64,000 nt of DNA from the human T2T-CHM13v2.0 reference genome, Homo sapiens, in assembly GCF_009914755.1 (NCBI RefSeq), contig NC_060932.1. One strand, given 5' to 3'. How positions within the stretch are numbered: position 1 is the first letter of the stretch; the number at the start of each line of letters is the position of its first letter. The position numbers were made by a program, and so were the translations under genes. The notes beneath the pieces were generated by a model. The model saw only the letters and a list, made by a program, of their open reading frames with translations. It was not told the DNA's origin and made no database searches. This document shows positions 29,055 through 43,449 of this stretch, in pieces.

Positions 29055-30246
29055 TTACCATTGCTTTCTTTTAGCTTCTCTTTGCCTGGAGTATCTTTTT
29101 CCATTCCTTCACTTTCACATTATGTGCCCTTAAAGTTGAAGTGTTTCTCTTATAAGCAGCATATAGCTGGGTCCTGTTTTGTTTTGCTTTAATTTATTCA
29201 GTCACTCTGTATCTTTTGAACAGAGAATTTTATCCATTTAGAGTCTTTCCACTCTTGACCATAGCATGAGTTATTTGATTTATTTCATCAGCTTTTGTAA
29301 TGTTTAGCATATAGATCTTGCACATTTTAACTAAATCCATACTTATTTTTGATTCATTTTGGGGGGGAGCAAATGTAAATCATATGAGTTAAGATAAATT
29401 TTGCTTATTGTTCTTACTGTACTGAAATGAGAGATTTTACAATGTTAACTTTGTATTTTGTGACTATGCCAGCTAATTATTTTCTAGGAGTTATTTTTAA
29501 TAGATTCCATGGCTTTTTTTGCATGGAAATTTGTGTATATAGATAGGTACAGTTTAATTTAGTCCTTTCTAATCTGTATATCTCATTTCTTTTCTTGCTT
29601 TAATACATTGGTTAGGCCTCTTGTATGGTGTTAAATATGAGTAATGAAATAAAAATTTTGGCCTTGCCATCAATTTTAGGGGGAAGGCATTCAGTCTTTC
29701 AAAATTAAGAATTATGTTAGTGGTATTGTTTTTTTTTTTCCAGAAGCCTTTTATCAGGTTGATATTTTTTTTTCAATTTCTTATTTTCTGCTAGTTTTTA
29801 TTATGAATCGATCATTAATTTTGTCAAATACTCTTCTTCATTAGTTGATATGATCATGTGCCGTCTCTTCTTTAGACTGTTAATATGATAGATTACAATC
29901 ATTAATTTTTGAGTATTGAAAAACTTTCCCATATGTAGGGTAAATATTGTTTTGTTATAATATAGTATTGTTTTATATATTGTTGGATTTAATTTGGTAA
30001 TGTGTTGTTGAGGATTTTTGCATCTAAATTCATAAGTGATATTTCTCTGTAGTTAATCTTTCTTAGAGTGTCTTTGACTCATTTCGATACTGTTCATGTA
30101 GTAATGGTTTTATAAAATTAGTTGTGATGTGCTCTCCTCTCTTCTATTTTCTGAAAGAAATTGGTTTTATTTCTTCTTTAAATGACTGGTAGAACTTCTC
30201 AGTGAAATCATCCGGAACTGAAGATTTCTTTTTCAAAATTAATGTT

Positions 30247-30528
<282 letters not shown>

Positions 30529-31260
30529 GGAATAAATTCAGTTTATGTAATAATTATAGTATTATCCTATTTCATCTTTGGTGACTTCTGATAGTTCGAG
30601 GTTCTCTAGGAATTGGCATATTTTATTTATGTTGTTGAACATATGTGATTTGTTGGTAATACTTTTTTTAAGTTATGCTTTTCATTTTTGTGGTTTGTGT
30701 AGTAATATCTGCTTTTATTGTCGACATTGGTAATTTGTGTCTACTTTCTTCTTTTTCTTGTGAATATCAGTGGAGATTGATCAATTTTTAAAGTCTTTTC
30801 AACTAACTATGTTTTGATTTCTAAAATTTTCTCTAGGATTTTAAATTTATAATTTTATTGATTTTTGTTTCTGTCTTCATTTTACCCTCCATTTGCTTAG
30901 TTATAGTTCCTTAGGATGAATGTTCTGGCTATTTACTTGAAATCATTTTTCTTTTGTAATATGAGCATTTAATATTAATTTCTATGTATTTAATTAGCTG
31001 CATATCACATACACTTATTTGTAATATTTTCATTTTAATTCAGTTAAAAATATTTTCTAATTTTCCTTGACATTTTCACTTTGTACTATAGATTCTTAAG
31101 AAAGTATTAAATTTCCAAGTGTTTAGTGATTTTTCCTGCTATCTTTCTTTTACCAATTTCTAGTTTAATTCTATAATGTTCAGAGAACATACTCTGTATG
31201 AGTTCTATTATCTAAATGACGTAAGATTTGTTCTATTATCCAGAATATGGTCTACTTTGG

Positions 31261-31622
31261 TGCTGTGGTTTGAATGTGTCCTCTAAAAGGGAAGTGTTGG
31301 AAACTTAATCCTCAATGCAACAGTGTTGAGAGGTGGGGCCTAATGGGATGTGTTTAGGTCACCAGGGCTCTACCGTCATTAATGAATTAATACCACTTAT
31401 AAAAGGGTTTGAGGCTGTAAATGTTCTCTCACTCTCTCACACATGCTCTCTTTTCTTTTTTCCTTACATCATGGGATGAGGCAGCATGAAGGCCCTCACC
31501 AGATGTAGCCTTCTCAACATTGAACTTCTCAGCCTCCAGTACTGTAGTAAATAAATACCTGCTTTTTAAAAATTACTTAGTGTCAAGTATTTTGTTATAG
31601 CAGCACAAAATAGAATAAGACA
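31261..31622 (+). mobile_element. MST (MSTB-D-type) MaLR solo LTR
   Basis: tgctgtggtttgaatgtgtcctc...gtgttgagaggtggggcc...gttatagcagcacaaaatagaataagaca. Confidence 0.85.
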
Positions 31623-31958
31623 AGGCAAATTAAAGGTTTAGTAAGCTAAGTGTTCATGAACACATGACAAAAACGTGCCTGCTACTATTGTTGGGTGGCA
31701 TTCTATAAATGAAATTAAATCCAGTTGGTGAGAGTTGAAGTCTCCAACTACAATTGTAGATTTTGTCTAGTTCCTTTTGCTATGTCAGTTTTTCCTTCCT
31801 TTATGTCTTCTTGATTTTTTTTCATTTAAAATTGTGTAATTTCCCTATATGTTTTTTGTAACTTTCTTTGCTCTCAATTCTACTTTGACTGACATTTTTA
31901 TAAACCATCAGATTTTTGGTCTTGTTTGGATTATTGTTGGCATAGTGTGACATTTGTG

Positions 31959-31985
<27 letters not shown>
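31959..31985. repeat. (CA)n microsatellite
   Basis: Seen directly. Confidence 0.95.
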
Positions 31986-31990
<5 letters not shown>

Positions 31991-34679
31991 TTCCCTCTAT
32001 TTTCATTTTAAACTACCAGTATCATTACATTAGAAGTCAGTTTTTTATATATAGAATCTAGTTGGATCATGATTTTTAAAAATTCATTCTGATAATATGT
32101 GTGAGTTAATTTGTGTGTCCAGACAATTTACACTTAATATGATTATTGCTATGTTTGATGTAGCTCTACATTTTTTTATTTACCTCTTTTTACTTGTCTT
32201 TCACCTTTCTTATTTTCTTTTTGTTGATTTACACATTTTATTTTTTCATTTTAATTTATTATTGGGTGTTTGACCATATCCCTTTGTATAGTTTTGGATT
32301 TTTTTGTTTTGTTTTTATTTTGTTTTGCTTTTGTGATTTCTCTAGTTTTTACAGTGTACATATTTAGCTCTTTATGATTCATTTTAAATCAGCATTTTAC
32401 CACTTCAAGTGGAAGATTGGAAACTTACCATGATATAGGTATTTTACTTGCCTTTTTGTATATTGTAGATATCATATATTACATCTACATACATTGCAAA
32501 CTCCATTAGTAAATAGGTTTTTCATTCCCACGTGTGTTGAGATTTTCCTGATCTTCCCTATGTCTAAAAATTTTTAATTGTATCCTGCATATTTTGAATG
32601 TCATGTTATGAGCCATTTGGTCTTGTTTAAATTATATGTACTTGTTTGTTGTAGTAGGCAATTAACTGATATTGATTTTGGTCACAAGTTCCAACCTGTA
32701 TGCTGTGGCTCCAATTTCAGTTTACTTTTTCAAGATTTTCTGTGCTATTTAAATCTTTCCTGTATGCGGGTCATCCAGTGGCAAGTCTGGGACATAAGTG
32801 ATAGTTTATATCTGTGTCCAGTTTTCAAAGTGTGCAGTTTAAGATCAGATCCATGCATACTCAAATCAGGGTTGAACCCACAAGATTAACAAGCAAGTTT
32901 ATAGATCACTTTCCTAAGCTTTTCTCTTTCTGTAATCTTTTTGGTTCTTTCTGATTTTCTTGGGGCTTGCTTTTATATCCCCCAGTCAGGGAGCTGGACT
33001 GTATTTAACCCTATTTGTTAAATTCTTAATTCCATTGCAACCATTGTTGAGGCCAAATGGCAGAAGGACAAAAATAGTAAAAGCAATGAACGTTTACCTC
33101 ATCTTAATACCACAACTTCTCTGATCTAAGAACTTTCCCCTCCTTAAGAGTTTTAGGTAACTGCAGGCCCATGCTACAGCCATCATTACCATCCAAAGTC
33201 CTCTTTCCCACTCCTCAAACTGGAACCAGAAGACATCTCCTGCAGCTCTCTCTTTCTTCATTGGTACTCACTTCCAGGTTTTAAGCAGCTCTGAGATCAG
33301 GTTGGCAGATACCACACAGGTAGATATAAATGATAAGTTCACAGTCATTTCAGTGTTACTTTGTATTTTGACTTTCTTTTCTAATCCATCTGCTAATATT
33401 TAGGTTTTGGAGTCTTCTAGTACTTGCTCCATGCATCTATCCAGATTTTATAACAGTATTCAGTGAAAGAGTCAGGATAAGGAGTGCTTACTTTATGTTG
33501 CCTAAAACTAAAATTTCAATGATTTTATTTTAATTTAAAAACTTTAATTAAATTCTTTGTTTTGTGGAATACCTTCCACATAGTAAGTATTTACTGCATA
33601 TTAGTTGGAAAGAATTTAGCTGTTTTATAGAAATGAAAACGTCACTACTGAAGTTATTAAATCTATTCAGCAGTGGGCTTCCCGATTTCAATGATGCAAC
33701 TGTGGCTCCATGGATGCAATAAATTGTCTTTCATCTGATGGACCTCCTTTTAGAACGCTGCAGTCATGTCTCCTAAGGTTTATTTGTAGTGCTCATAGCT
33801 GAGTGACATAATGTCATCAAAAGATTAATTAAGCAAGTGAGATGGCAGTCCCAACTTCTGCCACACTGATTTGGATTTCATACCTTGTACATATTACCTT
33901 GACTGGAAAGGGAATGAGGAGGTAGAGGAGCTATTTTTTGTTTAATTTTTCAATGCAGAGTTGCTCTTTCATTTCTCCTCCATTTCTCCAAGATTTTCCA
34001 CTTTTCGGAGATTGTTGAGGACTGACAAACTCAGTGTTACAATGTGCATTTCCCATGTCAGCCAGAGGCTACTGCCTGAAGGTCTCTGACAGAAATCAGT
34101 GTGCTCAAAATGCTGCCAGGCCCCAAGCAGGAAAGGTACATACCTCTGTGTACCCTGTGGAGCACCCAGAGCTGCCAGGAACAAACGAGTATGAGAGAAA
34201 AATGCTAGTCACAGAGGTATTTAGCTTCTATTTAAAGGGTCCATATAAGCAAGACATATTAAAAGGTCATAAAATATATACAAAGTTTTCAGGGTCCTAG
34301 TTTTTGAAATATTCTATTTTTTGTGGTTTTTGACAAAGTCTAATATTATTCTGTAAGATAGTTTGATGTTTCAAGAAACGTTGTAACAGCGTATTATTCT
34401 TTAAAATGACAATCATTTTGAAGAGGGCAAATAGCTGGCTATGTGAAATTCCAAAGAAACAACCACACATCTGTCCACATGAAAAACAAGTTGCTGGAAT
34501 GTATAAGTATTTTGATGGATTTTAGATTTATCTCCTCATATGCTATCAATTTTGAGATTTTAACGCCAAACTAGCATTTCTCTTTATTGACACCAATTGT
34601 TATAATAATCAGTTGCATGTATGTGTGAGAAAGAGACACAATAAGTAAAATAATTGTATGACTTTATACCTTGTCATTC

Positions 34680-35063
34680 TTTTTGAATTTTAGACATGGT
34701 TTCCCTTTATCGCTGAAGCTGGAATACAGGGATTATAGCTCACTGCAGCCTTCGGCTCCTGGGCTCAAGTGATAATCTTGCCTCGGTATCCCAAGTTGCT
34801 GAGTACCTGAGACTAAAGGTGAGCACCACCATGCCTGGCTAACTTTTAATATATGTAATATTTAAATACTAAATATATAATATATATAAATATTATAAAT
34901 AGCACCACCATGCCTGGCTAACTTTTAACATATGTAATATATATATTTGTAGAGATGGTTTCTTACTATCTTGTCCAGGCTGGTCTTGAGCTCCTGGCCT
35001 CAAGTGATCCTCCTGCCTTGGCCTCCCAAAATGCTGAACAGGCATGAACCACCACACCTGGCT
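34680..35063 (-). mobile_element. AluJ-type element with internal duplication in the linker
   Basis: cactgcagccttcggctcctgggctcaagtgat; ctggcctcaagtgatcctcctgccttggcctcccaaa; flanked by tcattcttttt on both sides. Confidence 0.9.
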
Positions 35064-38000
35064 TCATCATTCTTTTTTGACAACAATATCTGCATAATTA
35101 TTTGGGAAACATATGTACATTCCTTTAAAAAATTCTTAGCTTTGCACAATTCAAACCTTCTGGATGACACCATTTTAATTCTCTCTCTCTCTCTCTGAAT
35201 GTGTGTGTATTATTTTTTGTAGAGATATATATATATCAATTTGTGACACACACATACATACACATACAGTCAAAATTGGGCATATCCTTTATAAGTGTTT
35301 TCCTAAATACATACTTGATTGTATAGTAGTTTTAGTCAAGTCTGCCCAAATAATTTTAATTTGGGAGCTAGTTTTCAATGAGTTTAAACTCTAAGTAAAA
35401 TAATCTTCTCAATATAACATGAGCCAATATTAATTTGCATTTGTTGGTAAATACAAACATGAATATCAGAAAAAGAAGCAGCCTCAGTGTTACTCTTAAA
35501 TATATGTACATACTCTTATAAGCAGTCGGAGTAGATAGCCATGTATCCATAAATATTTGCAAGAAATAGAGAGGGACTCTGTTTTCAAAAATGCTCCCCA
35601 AGTGTTCAGATGCATTTTATGAAGTAGCATCTTCAATAATTTATCGCTTGAATTTGAGACATTTATTCCAGGAGCTTCCTATTAACATGAAATCACCATT
35701 GGAAGGCTAATGTCTGAAGCTATTTATCATCTTAGCCTTCTTTGACCTGTCAAAATGCCGTTCTGTACAAAGCAAAGAACAGGGTTAGGAGAGAATGGAA
35801 ACATGTGTTCAGGTAAGGCTTGCTGGGAAGAAGAGAGCTATAGCTGAGGTGCTATCAATCAGGAACTTTATAATTTGCCAAAGCACTGTTTTGTTTCTGG
35901 ATTCAATGGAAGAGGAGATGCCAGTAACAAATACCAGTTAATTTGAAGATTTGCTTTGGATTAGCCCCACCATGAGAGAACTGAAATGCTTACTAAGTAA
36001 AGATAAGATGGTACTTGTAAGACATGTACAAAACAACATTAAGATATGTATAAAATTTATTAACATACACAAGGTATTTGACAGTGAAATGTTTTCCTTT
36101 TCTCCCAAATAGTTTCAGTGTGATTGGCTCCAAGCCCTAAAACCGACCTCAGGAAAAATCAGTCATTAAGCTGATGAATAGATCTTGGAAACACACACAT
36201 AAGAAAAGGTATAAGTCTATATTATAGGCTATTTTGCACAGTCAGCAAAGTATTACAAGTTTATAGCCAGCCTAAAAAGGATTAAAGCCATCCATTACTC
36301 TGTTACAGAAGAACTTTAATAACCTCAGAAGCTCTATATTGGCTGTATACATTTGAAGCCTGTCACTAAATAGCACTATCTTGGCAGCATCCTGACAAAG
36401 GATGCACTTATCAAATAGGTATTAGGAAGCTGCCAATGAATCCACCATATCTTTCATCAAATCTTAGAAAGGTGTGTATTTGAAGCATCAAGATTGTGGT
36501 TATATTTTGATGAAAAATTGTGCCACATTATCATTTTCAAATGTGTAACACTAGGATCACCTAAAATATATTTAAAGAACATTCAAAATATCTGACCCCA
36601 ATACGTAGACAAAATAATTAAGAAATCACGAGATATTACCATTTTATTGAGGGTCAACCACCACTACATTTTTCTCAAAAAGATCTGTCTGCATAGCCAG
36701 TTCTGCTACACTGCCAACTTAATTTGGGCATCTCTTAGTGTGGTTGAGCCTAATGTGCACTTTATGTTTCCCTTGTATAGATCTCTTTGGAGACCTTCAT
36801 AACTGGATTAACTGGCAACCCACTCTTTACAGACTGAAAGGTTGATAGAGTGAATCACTAAAAGACTAGTCACTCTTTCAGAGTCATATAATGAAGTCAA
36901 GTTTCTCCAAAGTCAAGTTTTCCTTTGCAACCTCAAACACATGCCTCCATCAGGAACACCACCTTTGTAGCAACTCTGAATTCCTGAACTATTCCACCTA
37001 CAATAAAATCAAATGCTGCATTCTCTAACCATTACCTAAGGGATTTATGGGTCACTCAATAGGACATGTAAGATTCATTCAAGCTTTTCAAGCACCTTTT
37101 CAAGAAATACTCTGAGGAATCAAGGTCTTGTGAGATGTTATTAAAGCAAGTGACATAGTCTGGCATCTTTCTAGGTTTATACTCACCTGTCCATCATGTG
37201 GAAGCTGGAGAGTCACTTCTTTTGATAATTCAAGGTGAGACCTAAGTATTTCTTTAAATTATAGCAATGCTATCCATCCTAATTGTCAGCTTAGAAGCAC
37301 TGGAGTTTTTCAGATTCCACTCACCATCATCTGTTCAGACTCTCACATGGAGGCTTTAGTGATGCAGAGAATTCAGCATGCATACAGTGCCTCTTTCTCA
37401 TTCATATGACGATACCTATCGTGCTGTAGTGGCACTTTGTGCTGGTGCTATACAAATAACAAGATTCCTTGACATCAAGGACCTTGTATTATAAATAAGT
37501 AAGTGGTGATGATTAATAGCAAATCCTTATCAAATTCAAATGCCTGTAAACATGAAAGTAGTTTATGGGGCACAAATTACTTGCCAGTTTTAAGTTATAA
37601 TTCTGATCCTATTGTGTCATCACCTGGTTCTTCTCAGGGATCCATTGACACATGTTTATCTCAAAACCTCACAGATGGAATTCATGTTTTATCCAGGATA
37701 CAGGTTACCTGCAAAACCACTGCATGAAACAATAAATGAAAGTACAAGAAAAGAGTGTACAAGCATGAATTCTAGTGAGAAGCTAAATTGAATTTGGTAC
37801 TGGTATGTGTTTATGCACATAGAGAATATGGTTATTTTTTAAATCAATGAACAAGACATTTCTGTTTGTTAACACTGTTTGTATTAGTACCATATTGCTT
37901 CTAGCAAGTGCGTTTTGTGATAACAGCATGAAATGCATTTCATTAAGTTAAAGTGTGCTGGCATTAAGGTAGTGGCTGATGACATTTCTAATTTGAAATG

Positions 38001-39404
38001 CCTGCAGAGTTAGTTTTATGGGGGCATTTTCCTTAGCAACCAAACCGGGCTATAGAATGTCTGTGGGACATTGCCTCTCCTTAGGCAAGAATTCATCCCT
38101 TTGGCCTAGTAGATTTTTATAGGCTGTAACAGTATTAAACAAAACATAGTACCCTTGCCACTTCTTCCCAGGAAGCAATACTATATTGTCTTTAGTTGTG
38201 CAAAAGTATCTTCCATTATTTTCATTCTGACTAGGTTAATAGTGGAAAAGAGGATGTGTCTTGGTATTTACCAAGTTTTTATATATAATAAAAAGTTGGA
38301 TGTCTTATAATGTAAAAGAAAGAAAATATTTTTTTGCACTTCTGCCTCGAGCTTATTAAAGGGACATACTCTTCTAGCACTTGTACTAATAAGATTTGTA
38401 AGATGTTACAAATTATCAGAATCAATATTCTTTGGTGAATACTAGTTTCAAAGTTGTCCCAACTCTAGCTGTGCTGGGATTGGATATGTGCAGTTGTCTG
38501 TAACATAATGTAATACAGCATCATATACAATTAGGTGCTCAGGAAAAGTTTGAAAATGATGTGAAACAGTCCAAAGCAGCAATATATTTCTGTGATGTGC
38601 CTAATATGCTTACTTGAGAACTTTCTAAAGAATATTTTTACTTGGCATAAAAATGCTTAGTACTAGCTCAGATTTATAATCAGTTTTATTAAACACTGAG
38701 TTCCACAGCTATTTCAGCTGTTTTGTTCTTTGCTTCAAAATAAAAAAAAGAAAGGACAAAATATATACATCTGAATAGACACTTTTTATTTTTAATAAAA
38801 ATATGAAAAAGCTGTATTATTGAGTCTTTAAAAAGTATCTTGAGTGACAACAATTTAAGAGCACTTATTTTCTGGAAATCCAGGCAAAGTTTGATGAGAG
38901 GCACAGGTCTATGAGAAGTATTCTCCCTGCTTTCCAAGAACCCATGAATAATTTTTTTTAAAGCAGTATATGATAAATAAATATAAGCAGTGTATGTAAT
39001 TATGGAAGATCAGATGAGGAGATGACTCGAGCTGGCTCTGTGTGTTCAGGAAAGTTTAATTATATAAAAGCTGGAGACCATTTGGTATTTTGTATTTTCT
39101 TAATGGATGCCAAATACTATAATAGAGTAAGATAAAGAAAACAAATCCTGATGAGTGCCCTCACATATCAGAATATAGAGGTGGGAAGGCATTATAACAT
39201 TTTTATAGGGATTTTAATACTCAAAGTATGTTTGTATTTATTGACACATTTGGCTCTCACCTGTGAGAGCCTATTCATACATATAGTTATTATATACTGT
39301 ACTAATATACTATGTTACTACTATGAAATTTATATTCTGAAGGTGGAATGTTGTACTTTAATTGGAGTTCCAATGTTTACTGCTTTTCTTTTAGTGGGTA
39401 CCTC

Positions 39405-39720
39405 ACTTCTTATCCCTTAGACTCAGTTTTATCCTTTATAAAATGTGAATAGGGATGACTAAATAAATTCATAAAGTTGTGGAAGGATCAAGGGAAACAC
39501 AAAGGTAAGCAAACAAAATGCCAGTAGAAAAGCAGGCACCAAGAAAACATTTGGGTTCTTCATGATCTTTGCCATTGATGGGTTTATAAATCAATCCATT
39601 CATTCAATTAATCATGTGGTCATTCACCCTGAAACATGTGCCATACATTGTTCTGAGAACTGAAAATGCAAAGCTGAAACAGACAAGTTTTTTTCCCTCA
39701 AGAAACTCTCATTCTGAAAA
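39405..39720. mobile_element. MIR fragment (+, ~39405-39550) and L2 tail (-, ~39590-39720)
   Basis: actcagttttatcctttataaaatg; caatccattcattcaatt...gttctgagaactgaaaatgcaaagctgaaacagac. Confidence 0.5.
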
Positions 39721-42066
39721 GAACATACTCCTTGGGACAAACTTTTATATTTGAGCTTGGGACCCTAGTTTTTCCTAACATCTGAGGTATGTAGACTCAG
39801 CCTCAGATTTGGTCCATTAGCCAAATGAATCCACCCACAACACCCTGAGACAAATCAGACAGGGATAATATCTGTTTGCTATGAGGAGACATGATTATTT
39901 CATTGGGACACAAAATTTTGCAGGCCTTAAATCTCATGAGATCACGCCTTCATGTCCAGAGATCAGAGTAGTCTCCTAAACTAATAATAATAAAAAAAAC
40001 TTCTGTGCCCAACAGCGGTAAAAAGCCAATATCAATATATACCTTGGGTGACTTAAAATAAATTTTTTAAACTTAAACATAGTTTATTAAAGCTACTTAA
40101 CTTAAAAGGGAAAATAGTTACTTTGAGAGAAACAAAAATCAAGAGCTTCTGACTTCTCAGAAACAATAAAATTTAAGTAACTTGAATTGGGAAGCATAGC
40201 CAAAAATGGTCACAACCAGCCACAGGTTAATAGAGATTAAGACAGTAATGTGAGGTCTTTGCTAGCTGTTCACTACATAGAAAATATATAGTCCTGGACT
40301 AATGGGATTTTAGTCCTAGAAGATCACATGACTTATTTGCATTAATACTCATAAATAATTAAGAAAAGTAAAGCTAATCAAATATCCAAACTACCCTCTA
40401 ATACTTTAGGCAATTCTGTTCCTAATCCATATAATTCTAGCCTGTGTTTTTCCCTCTTGGTTTCTTTCCACTTTACCAAAATCAGATATGAACTAGCTGA
40501 CACCACATTGTACACATTAAAATAATTTCCTTTCCTTGACATGTATCAGATGTAGCTTACAAAAGTAATAAATTAAATTACCACATATATTGCTCATTTT
40601 CTATCTTTAATTTGTACATTTGTCAAGGCCAACTTCCACAAATGCATTACTCAGAAATTGAATTTTTCTGTTAGAAATAAAATAAGCCACATAGTAATCT
40701 ATCATTTAGTTTTCTGTACTTTTATGGGAATCTGATACAGAGTAGTAGCCAGGATGTTTAGATATGATAACAAAATACATCATTCAGACTCCTAATTTTT
40801 AATAAAGTCATGTCTGCAAGCTGATGAACCCTGATAACCTGAAGTTGAGTGTGGCATTTTCCATCAAATTATGTTTGGGTTTTCAAACAGTGGCTTAAAG
40901 CAGGTAATTCATTTCCTCCTATGTACTTTACTGGTCAACAGATGGATAGAAGCTATTTTATTAGGGCTTCATGGTCCAGCTATTCAAGTTTCCTGAAGAT
41001 TTGGTTTCCAGGGAGGGGATGGGAGAGAGAGAAATAGAGGAGAAAATTTTCATATTCAAAACAATTACTAATTAGAAATATTTTATTTGATTGCTTGGGG
41101 AACTTACCAAAGTGATTCTCCCTGATATGTTTTATGCTTAAAAAAGGCATTGCAAGTTCAATTTCAGGTCATGTTGTCATACAATATATCTCTACACACA
41201 ACAGCAACTGCTTCTAACAGAAGTGCTTTTTACTTTTCAAAACATTACTCAGAAATTTGAAAATCCATGTTGGCATTCTTTACCATTTTCTAATTAGTTC
41301 TGCTGGTTTAGTTAGAATGTAGAAACAGAAGGCTAGCAGAACTGTTTAGAAAACGGAAATTTTCACTCAAGGAAATAGATGCGTGAACATGTGTATATGT
41401 GTGTGTGTGTAAGTCCTTTAGTATAACACATAAAACTCTATAATTTAGCTATTGAGTATTTAGCCACTTCCTTGCACCATGCCTTATGGAATTCTTTGGT
41501 CTGACTTAAATAAAGACAGGAGTCAAACCATCTTTTTACTTTTATCTTACTTACCTACTTTTGCCACAAAACATGTTTGTTTGAGGATAAAATTATAAAT
41601 TAAACTCTAACAACATACTAAAACATAATAGTGTCTAATTCATTCAACATTTAAAGAAAAGCCAGTGTAAAATGATTATTTAAAGCATGAATGGATTAAC
41701 TAAAATAATTTCTACTGTAAGGAATGAACTAGTATTTGAATAATCTATTTATTCAGTGTTGCAAACCCAAATCCATAGTGTTTCACAGTGATTTACCATA
41801 TTAAAGTTTTCCTATGCCACTTCTCTGTATGTACTCATATCAGGTCAGCATTTTAAGATTACATCAAATTATGATTGAAGATTTAGGAATAGACACAAAG
41901 GATAAGATAAAAACACACAGCTAGGCTAATTTAAAAAAAGAATTCTTCTTGTAATTTTATAGAAGTTGAAATGACAGATCTCAACTTGCAGAAATAAAGA
42001 AAATTTCAAAGCGGAGTAACTATTTTCCATAGAAAATGTACTATCAGTTATGAAAAATAAAGTTCC

Positions 42067-42405
<339 letters not shown>

Positions 42406-42409
42406 CTAT

Positions 42410-42442
<33 letters not shown>

Positions 42443-42448
42443 GAGAGA
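42410..42448. repeat. (GA)n microsatellite
   Basis: Seen directly. Confidence 0.95.
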
Positions 42449-43449
42449 ACGTCCATGGACGCGATTTGGGGTCCCTATAGAAAGGAAACAAACAAAGTCA
42501 TTTAATGTTACAGCACATTTGCAGTTAATGTCAGTGGACTGGGAAGTCAGACAATCCATATTCATAAATTTAGTTAATGAAAATAGACTGGCTCCCCGAT
42601 CCTAGATCCTATAAAAAGTCCCATGTGAAGTGATTGTTGAACCCATTCTTCTACTAATAGAATTCACTAACACCTGAATATGCAAAGACGTTTGAAGACC
42701 TAATGTTAGCGAATGAAATTCTAACCTTGTTGATAAATAAATTATTTTCATTGAAGAGGAATGAAATTTGGCTTATCTTACCCAGTCCCTGGTGTACTAG
42801 ACGGAAGTGTATATAAACCTACTTCATTGATGAAAATGTTATCACCTTTCAATGAAAAGTAAGATCATTAGAGACCCTAAATTATTATAGTAAGGAATTA
42901 TTCATTTTTCTAGCAATTGAAAGAGATTTATAGATTATTATAAAGATTTTTGCAGTCACAGCAATGGTTTATTGGGTAAGAGTTATCAGGTATGCTCACC
43001 TAGCCCCAGGCTTTGTTTTCCTTGAATTCAGTTACAGGCATGTGAATCTGGAAGACAAGCAGGGCAAACTGTTAACAGAAATACCTACAGGAGGGCCCAA
43101 GCAAGCTTCCATAAGCAACCTCTCCTAAGGGAAGAGGAATTTGGCACAAGGTATATTTACAAACAGTTGATGATAGACTAAAGCCAACATGGATACCAGC
43201 ATCATGTTGAATTAATGAATGTTAAAAACACAGATGACTGAAAGAAATATTGACTGCATGGATGCATCATTTACAGAATCCACAATCTCTAAATCAAGCA
43301 AGTTTTAGAAAAGGCACTGGACCTCCTCTAAAGGTGTAGTGAATGATCTGAGGATGCAGTTTTCATCTAACCATGGGATGATTTTATCACTGCTATAAAA
43401 TAGCTGGTTATTATTTTAAGTATTTAAGCAGGAAGCTGTAAGAATCTAT

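Larger units (their letters stand above)
26205..29240 (-). mobile_element. L1MA-type ORF2 remnant with internal deletions
   Basis: Antisense L1 ORF2 tracts (catgctgttttccataatggctgtaccaatttacatttccaccaac; ttctttgctgtgcagaaac; gggtcctgtttt...) running from the ORF2 C-terminus to near the ORF2 start. Confidence 0.85.
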
